A stretch of DNA of 64,000 bases from Camelus ferus (lineage: Eukaryota), in NCBI RefSeq assembly GCF_009834535.1, contig NC_045697.1:16060001-16124000 (forward strand). The letters run 5' to 3'. Below the pieces are notes generated by a model, which did not search any database, had not been told where the DNA came from, and saw only the letters and a list, made by a program, of their open reading frames with translations. Shown in pieces: positions 1-11,530 of this stretch (positions are counted from its first letter, which is position 1; each line of letters begins with the position of its first letter). A program made the translations under genes and the position numbers.

Positions 1-1784
1 TACAGGGAGACGGGCAATTGATGAGAACCTCCTCTGGAGACTACCTACCACAACAGGATGCAGGGCAGAAAATGCAGCCAGACATGCAAACACAAAAGCC
101 AGGATTTCTCTTGCCCATAGAGGAAGTAGTGGCTGGAGTTTATTTTATTGGTGAAGTTCCTCTGCCCATAGAGGGAACTGTAATATTTCTGCTAGAAGGC
201 AGGAATTCTTTCGTAGTACCATGGATTTTCTAGCAAAAGTTCCCGGGCTTAGAAAAAAAAAAAAAAGAATGTATTTGAAATTTCATTTTGATGTTCAGAC
301 TCAGCTCATTCTGAGGAGTAAAAGTAGTTTGGACATGAAAGTGTCACACTAAATTAGGCTCTGCTTGGCCTTTTGGGAGATGGTAAAATTAGGATTTGCT
401 ATGAAAACATGTAAGAATTTGAATCTCATAGGTAAGGCTGCTGTTTAGAAGCTATATGAGGTTGATATAATAGATGTAGGATACCCTCTTCCTCTGAGGG
501 CTTACACCCTCTCTAGTGGCGCTCAGCTCCTTTTTGGACCCAGGACTACTCATAATCTAGATTGTCGTGTATGGGCTCATATCCTTTCAGGAACTCCTGG
601 CATTTCTTGGCTTTTCTTACCAGAGTTTGCTCTTCCACTTTGTCCCTCCTTGCAGTTTCTCTGCCTGTTCCATAAGGGCTTTAGAATCTGGAGTGAATGT
701 GAGTCACCATCTCCTTCTCCATTCTTGTTAAGGGAAAAACATTTTTTTTCATTTCTTTTGATTTCAGACCAACTAAATTTCCACATTTGAGCGTCCACAT
801 CTTTGACCTATGGAAAGTTGAACTGCACATCCTTGGGGCTTCCTCTGACCACTGTCTTGAGACTGTGCCAAGGTTCTTGCATCATTACAAAGAACCAGTG
901 CACTGGTTCTGTTGAGAAGTGCGTGGTCCCAGCCTCCATGATCTACAGTGCATTTAAGAATCGTTGGTAAGTTTGTGAGCCCTGGACCCTAGCGTCTAGC
1001 CTCCCTGGGACACTGTGTGGTCACTCACTGAATTTTTGCCCATCATCTCGTGTCACAAGGAAGTAGGGTGCAGGTATCCTCGGCGTGCAGAACCATGTGA
1101 CTTTTTTTTCCCCTACCAGCTCTTTTCCAGGCAGGAAAATCTTTTGATTATTGGGTGTCCCTCTTACATCAAACTCTACTATTCTTAATGAATTCAGACT
1201 TTTGACTATAAAAGCCTCAAATCTTTCTTGGTTTGACCCTGTTGCCTGCTTGAATGGGGGCAAAGGACGTGGGAAAGACAGAGAAAACATAAATTAATAA
1301 TGCAAATCTCTTTCTGCCACATTTTCCTGTCACTCCCAATCAAAGATGATTTGTCCATGTGTCTCTACCTCCCAAAGGGACCCCTGGCTAGTCTGTGAAA
1401 CAGCTTCAGCTAAGTGAATATGATAATTCAAAACAATGAAAGGAGTTCTTTGAGCTCCTACAAGCCTCATCCTGGCGCTTGTGTCCTTTTCAATAGCTGG
1501 CCTTCTGGAGAAAATGCCTAGTTTTTTAGTCATTCAAAGAATTGACATGCACCTCAACCAGGTATAATTAGAGAGAAAGGATGAGGCAGGTGAGGGTGGG
1601 CAGGGCAGTGCAAGATTATCTAATTTTAAAGCTTAAGTATCGAATTATTTAGCCTACTGTAGAATGGGGTCTGGGGATGTGCCCACATTGACTCAAATAA
1701 CAAAGATGCTAACACGTGAATATCACTTTACAATATCTGCAACACTTTTCTACCCACAAATTCATTTGAACCTGGATTCTAAAC

Positions 1785-2010
1785 TCACAGAATATTGCCA
1801 TTGAAAGGAATTTAGTTACTTTCTCTTCCCACTCAACACAAGAATCCCATTTAAAAACCTAAGGGACACATGCAGCTACCTGTCCTTGAGAAGTTCTGGT
1901 GACAGGAAGACCACTGCTTCATGATGTACAGCTCTACTTGTTCAGGAGGATTTTTGTTTTTGACAGAACTGATACTGATATCATCCATAAATTCCATTCA
2001 CTAGCCTCAG
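1785..2010 (-). mobile_element. CR1/L3 LINE 3' fragment, ancient
   Basis: Begins 'tcacagaatattgccattgaaaggaatt' and continues 'cttgagaagttctggtgacaggaagaccactgc', resembling the reverse-complemented CR1 3' end. Confidence 0.45.
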
Positions 2011-2029
2011 CGTGGAACTTAGAGGAAAA

Positions 2030-2200
2030 GAGGGCCAGACTTCAGAGTTCGGCATTTGTTCATCAAAATCACAACTTAGCCACCGACTGCAGTGGTTTTG
2101 GGCAAGGGGCAGGAACTCTCTGAGTCCATGGGCTCACCTGTAAAATGCTGATAATCTACTGACCATATGGATTTGTTCTGAGAATTAAATAAGTGGTGAA
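2030..2200 (+). mobile_element. MIR SINE
   Basis: MIR core-like 'ttgggcaag...ctctctgagtcc...ctcacctgtaaaatg...ttgttctgagaattaaataag'. Confidence 0.65.
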
Positions 2201-2629
2201 CCATGACCCTGGTGGGTAATATCTCATTTGAGCCTCACCCAGTGTAGGGGACTTTATGATGAACGGTACCTACTGATTCATGTTCTAATACACAGGGTTT
2301 CTTTTCAGGCTCTAAGCCCCTGCTTTAACTGTGAGTGTATCTGCTTCAGGAAGCCTTCTCCTCTATTATGTTCTGTTTCCAACCTGCTAAAATCATGCAG
2401 CCAAGGCAATCTCATGCCTTACACCTGAGGGTTGATTGAGAGCCATTATTCTCTGAGTGAACCTAGTCCAAGTCTGTGTGCACTCAGCCCTGAATTTTGC
2501 AGACATCATTTCCCTGGCTCAGGGATCTTTTTGCTTTATTTCTGAGATCTATTAAATTCTTGATTATTGATCTTATGGTACACTTGGTATTTTTTTTTCT
2601 CTACAGCCTGTTTCTCCTTCTACATATGA

Positions 2630-2845
2630 CATCACCATGCATAGCACACCCATCTTCTCAGTTACTTGTGCCAGAAACTGGCAATCATATTTGCCTTAAT
2701 CCTTGGTTCAAATGCCATATTCAATCAGTCACTAAGTTCTGTCAATTCTACCTCCAAATTATATCTCAAATCTGTCCCCTTCTTTCCATCGCCCCTGCCC
2801 AATTCCAGACTCGCACCATCCCTCCCTGGAACTATCACAAAGGCT
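2630..2845 (+). mobile_element. L2 LINE fragment
   Basis: 'catattcaatcagtcactaagttctgtcaattctacctccaaattatatctcaaatctgtcccc' matches the L2 ORF2 3' region; explains ORF 2497..2874 (HIQSVTKFCQFYLQIISQICPLLS). Confidence 0.75.
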
Positions 2846-3879
2846 TTGCCAAATGGATGATGTCAATTGTATAAAAACCTTATACAACTAAATGATAACC
2901 CAGTCTCTAGTTAAGGAAACCAAGGTCTGTGCAGAATATTCAGGACTATCTCTAGCTTACAGTCTCCTTTTTCTTTCCTTTTGATTATTAAAATAGTAAG
3001 TTTCAAATTACCTGGAAAATTCAGTTAGGTGGAACCACTTATTTTCAAACTGTGCTAAGTAAAAATGAGGACTAAAGTAGTGTATTTATTCAAGATTGAT
3101 TTTTGCCAAAGATTGTTCCCATCTGTAGATTGTGCTTGTGCCTCATGGAGTCTCTCTTTTTTGTTCTGGCTGCTTGGAAAAGCCAAGCAAAACTTCCTTC
3201 AAGCCCAGCAGTTAATTGTCACAGTGATGCCTGTTTGATGACTCCATATTTATTTTAAGAGGAACTGCATCCCGTTGGGCCTGCCAGGATGAGTTAGCTG
3301 CGAAATGCATTCCTAAATAGCTAAATGATTCAGCGCAGGATCCCATATATGAAATTGACTTTGTAATGCGGTGGCATGTCTCTCTGTTGGAAAGTCTATC
3401 TATTTCGGTTCTGTGCTTTATTTTATAATTCAATATTGCATATGAATAGGTAATGGAGGGAAGCTTTCCTGCCTCACAAAACCCACGTTACAACCAATAC
3501 GTCGTTAAAACTTTGCCCAGGTACTTGGAAGCTCCCTCTGACGAGCACTCAGTTATACAGGGCCAATGTATCCGAAAACATGCAGAATTGCACACTGCAG
3601 TTTGCAAATAACAACTAGGATGCTCTTGAACTGAGAAACCCCCAAGAGGGTGCTTACCTCCTTTGCATCAATAAAGTACCACAGCTTCTTATCAGAGGCT
3701 GACTTTTGCTTACAGCTAGAAATCTGGCTAAACCCAGTTTCTAACCACCTAGAGACTTCAAATAATTCCCAAATTATACCTTCCTTCAAAGGGAATATGC
3801 TTTAAATCAAGTGTTTAATGTTAGGAAAATAATAATTCACACACTTGCACACCTTAGAAGCCTGTTTTAATTTAAAGAC

Positions 3880-3885
<6 letters not shown>

Positions 3886-3931
<46 letters not shown>
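3886..3931. repeat. (GA)n microsatellite
   Basis: Perfect GA run of about 23 units. Confidence 0.95.
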
Positions 3932-3935
<4 letters not shown>

Positions 3936-4829
3936 TTGTGCCCTGGCTCCTGGCCTCTCTACTCCCCCTCAAAGTGCTCAGGAAATGTACTTCTTTTAAG
4001 GAGTAGGGACATAATCAGCACCGAACCCCAGAGTGACTCAACTGGGCGTTTTGTTCAGCAAACAATACATTGAAGATAAAAATGTTGGGGTTTTTCTGAG
4101 ACAGCATGAGCCCTGGTGAAGTAAGGTCACTTACTCATAGCAAAGGGCCAAAAGCACCAACCAGGTTCAGCGAATTCTCTAAGTGTGCTTCACTCCATCT
4201 CTACCAAAGAACCCAATGTCTTCAAAGAGACTGTGTATTCTATCTGTGGGTCACTGTATTCTGTGGACTCCCTGTTAATTCTGAGGGGAAAAAATAATGC
4301 TTTACACTGACAAAATGAGTGACCAGGGTGGGTGCGGATAAGAGATGCAGCAGCTCCCAGGGCCAGTCCAGGGGTAAACCCAGTACTCTAGGTATCCACG
4401 TGCCTAAGAACCTGTCTTCTCTGCTTAGCATCTGCAATGGTGCTATGTATCCCCTTCGGGACAATTGAGAACACAGTCATTCAAATGATTTTTCTGAATT
4501 CTGCAGATGAGATAAAGAACTCCAGATGAGAAAGGCTGGTTGAGTCATAATATTCAGTTTCTAATTTTGGTGTGTCATAAATTTGTGAGATTTTGAGATA
4601 GCCATTTAATTGCGTGGGTATCATTTTCTTTATGTGCAAAATATGAGGAGCTGGTCGATTTTTGAGATGCTTTAAGGACCTCAGGTGAGTGAGAAGAGTG
4701 GTATTATTCAGAGAGGTTACTTTTATTGATGATATGCTCAGGAGTCTTGAAGCTTCATAGTTTAACATTTTTGTGCATATTTTTACGCTAGAGTATTTTT
4801 TTTCTTAGATAAAAACTGAGAACTAAAAA

Positions 4830-4985
4830 GTATCATAGAATCTAGTCCGGTCTTGCAGCCGACATTTGAATTTCTTCTAAAATACTTTTACTAAGTAACT
4901 ATATATTCCATACTTGACTGCCTCTAGTTACAGAATACCCACAATCAGCAAATTTACTCATCCCATCTTTGAAGCACTCTGTTTC
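4830..4985 (-). mobile_element. CR1/L3-like 3' fragment
   Basis: 'tcatagaatctagtcc...cttgactgcctctagttacagaatacccaca' resembles the reversed CR1 tail. Confidence 0.35.
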
Positions 4986-5109
4986 GCCTTATGCAATATG
5001 TTATTTCCCTCACTTTACAGTAAGACTTCAAAATGAGGTTGCACTCTTTTTATCAAAAAAATCCAAAAATGGTCTAGCTACTGGAAACTAACCCATCTCA
5101 GTACTTCTG

Positions 5110-5785
5110 TCTTTTTCTGCCTCATAATTACCCAGAGGACCTCCCTCTGGAGTTTTCCATGCCAACAGACTTATCTTACCATTGTGCAAGTTACCATGTT
5201 TTGGGGAGGAAAGCAAATTAACATGTGGCTTCCATACAAGAAGTGTCTTGTTGGGAGCCTGCATGGGGGCATCCATGCCTGAAAGAAAATATTATTTACA
5301 ATTGTGCCCCTCCGCCACCAAGTGGAACCTACAGTAGCTGGGGGACACGGGTGGACAGTGCCTCCAACATGGCCCCCTGGACAACTAATAATCCTGAAGT
5401 TTCCCAGTTCAGTTTGAATATTTGAGTCTAGTGCCTTTTCCTGGAGGGACTGCCATCCAACCTGTCCTGTTTGTATGCACCACCACCTGGGCAAGAGCTG
5501 TGGCAATGGAGGTGGGGAAGACACCCAGAGCTACTGATAGGTGTAGTGAGTGGGAGACCCAGGACTGAGGAATTCCCTGCTGTTTCTGATGGACTTCTCT
5601 GTAAGGTTACGGGGAATGGTGATCACACTGTGTTCAGAGCTGTCTGGCTGGGCATGGCAGGATCAACAGTCATTTAATCTGCTTGCAATACTTTGGGAGA
5701 GCTGTACCAGGGTGTTTTCCTTAACAAGAAAAGTTCTAGAGGTGGCTTTGAAAGACAAAAGATCATGAGTGTTTCTTCCTCTCAT
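5110..5785 (-). pseudogene. env: Retroviral env SU remnant (gamma-type), disrupted; TM absent
   Basis: Manual translation from the ATG at 5785: MRGRNTHDLLSFKATSRTFLVKENTLVQLSQSIASRLNDC*SCHAQPD...IPRNLT, with a CWxC-like motif at 5657-5668 (TGA in place of TGG). ORF 5171..5524 ends HFLYGSHMLICFPPQNMVTCT, like the FLCG..CLP.NW.GTC motif. 'aggcagaaaaaga' at 5122-5110 is an RQKR furin site with one extra A. Confidence 0.7.
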
Positions 5786-6329
5786 GGACCCTACAGGGGA
5801 TGGGCTGCTGGATGCTGGAGTGTTGCATTTTCTTTACTGTCGCAGAATCAGTGTGTTCCCTTCTAGTAGTGTAACTTCATATTTTTTTCCGTAATCATCC
5901 TGTCTTCATACCCAGACTTTTTGCTTGGAACAGACTGTTGCAAAAGGGCTAAGGGCATTTTTATAAAATATACAGACATCTATTACGCACTCCTGCTTTT
6001 TTTGGCTTACTTGGACCACCGTAGAAAAACTCAGCAAACAGTACACTCATCCTTCTGATCTAGTTCTATGTCAGTCCAACAGGAAAGTCTGGCTGACCCA
6101 GAATTCACCCTGAGTCCTTTGGGCCTCTTTATGGTCAAATACCTTGAAAGTGTATCATCTAGGTAGTTCTGGGATTACTGTTAAGGGGAAGAATGTAGAT
6201 CCACAGCTAGGAATGGTCAGGAGGAAATGTTGAATTTTCAAAATGGTCTATGTAATGCCCACCATTTTTCTTCCTTTACCCAAAAAGCAGATAAGGAAAG
6301 ATAATCTTTTTTTTTTTCTTGTAGACAGC

Positions 6330-7470
6330 TGCAGTTAATAACCAAACTGACTTACTTAAGGTGTGTTGACCAGGAAGAGCTGAGAGAAGGAGAGTCAAAA
6401 GGGTGTTTGAGTCACTTTTTGAAGAGGCCATTGAAACCATCAACAATAGCAGATGGCTTGGGATGGGATGGGAAAGTCCATCAAATCACCTTTATTATCA
6501 GCCATTGCTGAGTGGCTTCTGCAGTAAGAAGTGCACCATTGCCAGATTGCAAATGGCCCAGAAAGCTGAAAAATAACACAGAGTAGCCTTACAGGTTGCA
6601 GTGGCATGGCTACAGCTGACTGATTAGACTGATGCAGTGACTTACAAGCAAGTCTTGTTGGGAGTCTTCTATCTTCTACCATTTAGTCTAAGTAGACCCA
6701 CTCGAAAATGGTAATGTAATTCTGGAGAGTCATAAGGATTCCATGTACCAGGAGTTCATTTATGTCAAGAGCTTAGGAGTAATCTAAATGTTGTTTTTCA
6801 AAAGGAGTGTCCTGGTTATTAGTCTTCAGAGACAATGAGTCCAAACACAAAGGGGCTCCTTTGGGTTGAAACTATGACCTTTTGCAAGAGGCTCCACTTG
6901 GAAAAATCTTCAATCACAGAGACTTTTAGCTTAAATGGTCATTAGGGTTGTGAGTCCCAAAGTTATTAGCACATCTCTTCATGTGGTTCTTCTCAGTCTT
7001 GAGCATCTCCTCTGGCACTTACAGGATGGGGAAGTACAACATGTAGCTCATTGCTTTCTCTTATTCATTTGGATGAAGAAACAACAGCAACAGTACATTA
7101 AGTTGGCTCCAAACCTCAAGGTCATGTTCACTTTCACAAGGTCAAGTTCACTTTCTTTCTCTACTCTTAACCCCACCCAAACGCCATCAGTTGAATCCAG
7201 GTGCCCCCTCCGCACCACTAGACAGGGTCAGAAGATTGAGAATCTTTATCCAAAAAAGCCATAAAACTAGTGCCCCGCCTTCTCCAAGGTTCTACTGCCT
7301 GCTCAAAGTGAGTATGGCTTTCAGTTTCTCTTGGGAACAGAGAGATCTTTGATGTACCCTTTGTCATCTTTGTCCTCAAAGTAGCCAAGATCAGGGTAGA
7401 AGAGGATGGAAGAATAAGTCACCATGAAGAGGGAATGACTCTGCATCAGTAAAGAAGGCTTTGCATTAAC
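6330..7470 (-). pseudogene. pol: Retroviral pol remnant: RNase H and integrase core (ERV-L/HERV-S-like)
   Basis: One minus frame over ~6565-6361 reads FLGHLQSGNGALLTAEATQQW...I*WTFPSHPKPSAIVDGFNGLFKK*L...WSTH (rve core SDNG..FT..QQW...HP..S..VE..NGL.K). RNase H-like AFFTDA at 7459-7442, SQEKLKAIL at 7336-7310, DSQ at ~7244. Confidence 0.8.
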
Positions 7471-8307
7471 TTTCAGCTTTGAGTGACACAGTAACAGCCC
7501 GTGGTTTATCCAAACAAAGGTCCAATGTTTTCAGCCCACATAGTACTTTATACCAAGTGTGGAGGTCATCATTATGGTTTGCACCCTGTGGCTGATTTGG
7601 GATTTACTAGCACAGTGTCAATGTTTTTTTTTTAAGGAGTTTACCTTGATCTAAGGCATTTACTACCCCGTCACCAAGATAATATCCCTTAAATTCTTGA
7701 CCATTGCTGACTGCAAGAATTTATCTAGGTTTCTTTGGGTCAGTTTCTCATTCTCCAGTTGGATCACCTTCATCAGTACTATGAACCCAGTCCAGCCAGT
7801 AAAACCCTAATATTAGTCAGTGCTTCACTTATCGTTTCTCACAGGACTTTTCTCATTCTCACTGAAATCTCCCTAAGAGGACTAAAGCTCTCTTTTAGCA
7901 CCCAGGACCCATTGCAAAAAACTCAGAACTTTTACTATCATCTCTGATGGATTTTAGCTGGCATGATAAACAGCATCAGGGAAGACTGTAATATTGTATT
8001 CTTGCCTTACCAAGTAATACATATCAAACCCCACTTCCCCTGGCATTTCCTAAGCCAGTCAGAGTTCTAATGATCTGCCTGATTTCTGCCCACAGGGGTC
8101 AAGAGTTTCTCTCCCTTCACCCCCAGTATAAAGTTATGCCTCTGTAACTGTGCCTAAAAGGAGTCAGAATCTTCTGCCCAACTAGGCCAAATCTGATACT
8201 GGTTGCTGCAATGTTTTTACAGTAGGTCTGATCACCAAATTGGCTGGAATCCCCTCTTAAGCCCCAGAGTAGAGTTAGCAAAAACCAAGGCACTTTGCAG
8301 GCAATGC

Positions 8308-8640
8308 ATTCATTATTCATTCATTCACAGGTTCTTATTGTGTGTCTACTGTTGCTAGGTACTGTTCTGTGTGCTGGGGATTTAGCAGTAAACAAAATAG
8401 TCAAAAATCTATTTGGAGTATCTAAGCTCCAAGTAAGTGAATTACAACAATATTAGAAAGTGGCAAATGCTGTGAAAAAATAAGAAGAATAAATGAGAAA
8501 GAGAACAGGATATTAGGACTCGGGTGTGAGGATGGGGATGGGTGTAATATGATGGAAGGAGGATGTGGTGTTCAATTGTGAGTTCTGAGCAGGCTTTATT
8601 GAGAAGGTGAGAATTGAAGGTTTGATAGATGGGAAAACTG
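8308..8640 (-). mobile_element. L2 3' end
   Basis: 'cattcattcac...ttattgtgtgtctactgttgctaggtactgttctgtgtgctggggatttagcagtaaacaaaat' is a reversed L2 tail. Confidence 0.8.
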
Positions 8641-8654
8641 ACTCTTGTGAAAAC

Positions 8655-8725
8655 ATTTTGTTTTCTATTGTAAATCTGCCATTTAGAACAGTGCCTGATA
8701 CACAGTAGGAATTCAATAAAAACTT
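8655..8725 (+). mobile_element. L2 3' terminal fragment
   Basis: 'tagaacagtgcctgatacacagtaggaattcaataaa'. Confidence 0.65.
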
Positions 8726-9149
8726 CTAGGCTGAAAGAAGATGCAGGCAGCATCTGATGAACAAGTCTTGTTCACAGATTGACGTGAAGATTCTAGATTT
8801 GATTTCCAACCCTCCTGTGAGCAAATTGATGAACAGGAACACATAAACCCATTGATCAAATATTTTTTAGTCGTAATAAGAGCATTTAGTTGTAATAAGG
8901 GATATTTCAACCCATCAGGCTTCCCTTAGGAGCAATTGTCAGATTCTTGTCACCTGCATGATTAGAGGAGATTACCAGGGGGGCCTCTCCTTGAACAGAA
9001 GATGGATCTCTTCCAAAGACAAATCCCATTCTTGAATTCAGAGTGCAGAAATTGCTGGAAAACTTCCAAATTGCAGTTTTTAATTTCGGAAGTGTTATGA
9101 ATTGAGACTCCATAGATACCCTGCCGCATGGGCCAACGTATGTCTCCCT

Positions 9150-9800
9150 CTATTTTATACATTGTCCCAGTCCTACTTCTTGGGACCACAGTGAGTAGAG
9201 TCCCTCTTTCACATATTGACACAGAAATATTTGAGGCACACTGTTATTTTCCCTGAGTTTTCCCTTCTTCTGAGTAAATAACCCCATCCTTATTTTTTTT
9301 CTAATGATTTCACTAAAGACATTGGATTTTCTTCATCATCGTAAACATTGTCCTCTGAAAACATTCTAATTTGACCTAAGTGTGGTACTTAGAATTGGAT
9401 GAGCACTCTAGGTGTGTTAAACATGAGTAGTACAGAGAAAAGAATATTGCCATCTCATTTGTTCAAGATACATTTTCATTAGTGCAGTTTAAGATCACAT
9501 TAGCTCTTTGGGGAGCCATTCCATCTCATCATATGTACTCATTGAACCTATTACCGGCTACAACAATTACTTTCCCTTGCTCTGCTAAGCCAACTTGTCC
9601 CTGTGTTCCACTTGTGTAGTTGTTTACTGGGGAACCCCCTTGATAACCAAATACTTTTCCTCCTCTTGAACTTTAACTTCCTAGATTTAATACAATGCTT
9701 CAGTCTGTCAAAATATTTCCCATTTAGGTTTCACCACCCAATGAATTTGCTTTTTTCCCTCCAGTTTCACGTCATTCTCATACTTCATGAGGCTATGTTT
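9150..9800 (-). mobile_element. CR1/L3 LINE ORF2 3' region
   Basis: 'ggtacttagaattggatgagcactctaggtgtg' is a decayed reverse complement of the CR1 HLEYCVQFW motif; 'agtgcagtttaagatcacattagct' is also CR1-like. Confidence 0.7.
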
Positions 9801-10259
9801 CTAATTATTATACAAGGTAGTGGATTTAAAATTTACATGAACATAAGGCTCTTTGAAGTAAACCATTACACAGCATCCTACAATGTAGGAGACCATTTGT
9901 CAGTATAATTTTATTTAGCAAATAAGATAATTAATATTTATTCATTATGAAGTCCTTCACATTAGTTAAATGAGGCGGTTATTGTTGAACACAAAATTTC
10001 AAATCAGTGTTTACGGTTGGCAGCTGGAATCAGATTCATCTTATCATCTAATTTACGTGAATATGTTGTTTTCTTGCTCAGTACTGAGACTACTGTGATT
10101 GAAACAGAAGTAGTTGCAATAGTTTGTTTGGTTGGTTGGTTTTAAACGCGATTGTCCTTAGAATTACAAAATACTTTTCAAGTGAAATGAGTCAGATGTT
10201 GGAAAGAAGTGTAATAGAAATGTTTGCTTTAAAACTAAAGAATTGATATTAACAATGGT

Positions 10260-10410
10260 TCTCATTCATTTAGTCAACAGATATTTCTTGAGAATCTACT
10301 ATCTGAACAGCATTGTTTTAAATGCTAGTGGTACAGGGATGTATAAGATAAAAATGTAATTGGCTCTTGGAGCCTACATTCTAATAAGATAGGACAGAAA
10401 ATAAACACAC
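10260..10410 (-). mobile_element. L2 3' end
   Basis: 'cattcatttagtcaacagatatttcttgagaatctactat...ggagcctacattcta'. Confidence 0.7.
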
Positions 10411-10460
10411 TTTCAAGTGTACATATGCATATAAATGAATATATTTCAGTATATGATTGC

Positions 10461-10482
10461 GTGTGTGTGTGTGTTTGTGTGT
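10461..10482. repeat. (GT)n microsatellite
   Basis: Interrupted GT run. Confidence 0.85.
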
Positions 10483-10659
10483 ACTAAAACCAAAACTTAC
10501 ATCTGTGCAGTTGAATAGGGGCTGGAGAGAACTGCACAATGTGCTGACTTTTCTTATTTTATATTTATTTCCATTAACTTGAAGAGGACTCCTGTTGCTA
10601 TCTGGTATTCATACTACAATTCCTTGGTCCATTCACTGTTCCATTTTTCTAGAGGACAA

Positions 10660-11100
10660 TTTTACACCTTCATATATCTTCTCAATCCCTAACATAGGTT
10701 TCTTATCCTAACTTTCAACCAATGACCATGCCTCTCAGTTCACTGAGAAAATAGAATCTCTCGGAGAATATCTATAGGGCACCTTTGCATCAATTCATCT
10801 TCCAGAATCTGTTCTCAGCACAACCTGCTTATTTCCACAGATGAAGTAGCCATGCTTCTGTTTAGTGCAGCCCTTCTACTTGAGCCCTGGATTGCATCTC
10901 TCCCTGACTATTCAAAAAACTGGCTTAAGCGGTTCTCCTTTATTTGCTCTGCATTTACTTTCTACAGAATCAATTTCCTCCATCAATCTTCCTCTTGAGA
11001 TCTCTTCCCCCAACACCTACAGCCTCATTTCTTTACTCTCCTGTGAAACAGAACTCCCCAAAAGCATAGACTATAGTCATAATATCTAATACTTTTTCTT
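10660..11100 (+). mobile_element. L2 ORF2 (RT N-terminal) fragment
   Basis: ORF 10865..11089 ends NTYSLISLLSCETELPKSIDY, a decayed NYRPISLL...KLLE motif; 'ttcactgagaaaatagaa' is L2-like. Confidence 0.7.
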
Positions 11101-11154
11101 CATAATTAAAAAAAAAAAATCCGTGTCACAGATCTGATCTCTTTTTCCTATGAG

Positions 11155-11530
11155 GTTGCTTGTTTGTTTGTTTGTTTTTGAAGTACAGTTGACCTACAAC
11201 ACTGTATTAGTTTCTGTTATATAATATAGTGATTTGATATTTCTATAATTTCAAAATGATCACCACCATAAGTTTAGTTACCATCTGTGGCCGTACAAAA
11301 ACGTTACATAGGTATGGACTCTCTTTCCCACAGTGTACATTTCATACTCCTGACTCATTTATTTTGCAACTGGAAGTTTGTATTTCTTCATCTCCCTCCC
11401 CTATTTCTCTTCTCTCCCCCTTCTTCCCCTCTGACAACCACCTGTTTGTTCTCTGTATCTATGACTCTGTTGCTGTTTTGTTACGTTTGTTCATTTGTTT
11501 TGGTTTTTGGATTCCACAAATAGGAGATCA
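11155..11530 (-). mobile_element. L1 3' UTR (L1MA9-like laurasiatherian type)
   Basis: (TTTG)n tail then 'gaagtacagttgacctacaacactgtattagtttc...tttattttgcaactggaagtttgta'. Confidence 0.85.

Larger units (their letters stand above)
5080..8305 (-). mobile_element. Degraded endogenous retrovirus internal region (class III-type pol plus gamma-type env)
   Basis: Minus-strand RNase H, integrase and env SU motifs lie in retroviral order; no LTR recognised at either end; 7.5-8.3 kb is included on composition and position only. Confidence 0.75.

Noticed and set aside
6149..6169. Minus-strand NYLDDTL as an RT YxDD motif
   Set aside because: It lies downstream of the integrase core, the wrong position for RT, and has no supporting RT motifs; probably chance.
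7636..7670. Plus-strand 'VYLDL..AF' resembling the CR1/RTE RT LDFSKAFD motif
   Set aside because: Needs a frameshift, lacks flanking motifs, and the region is better explained by the minus-strand ERV.
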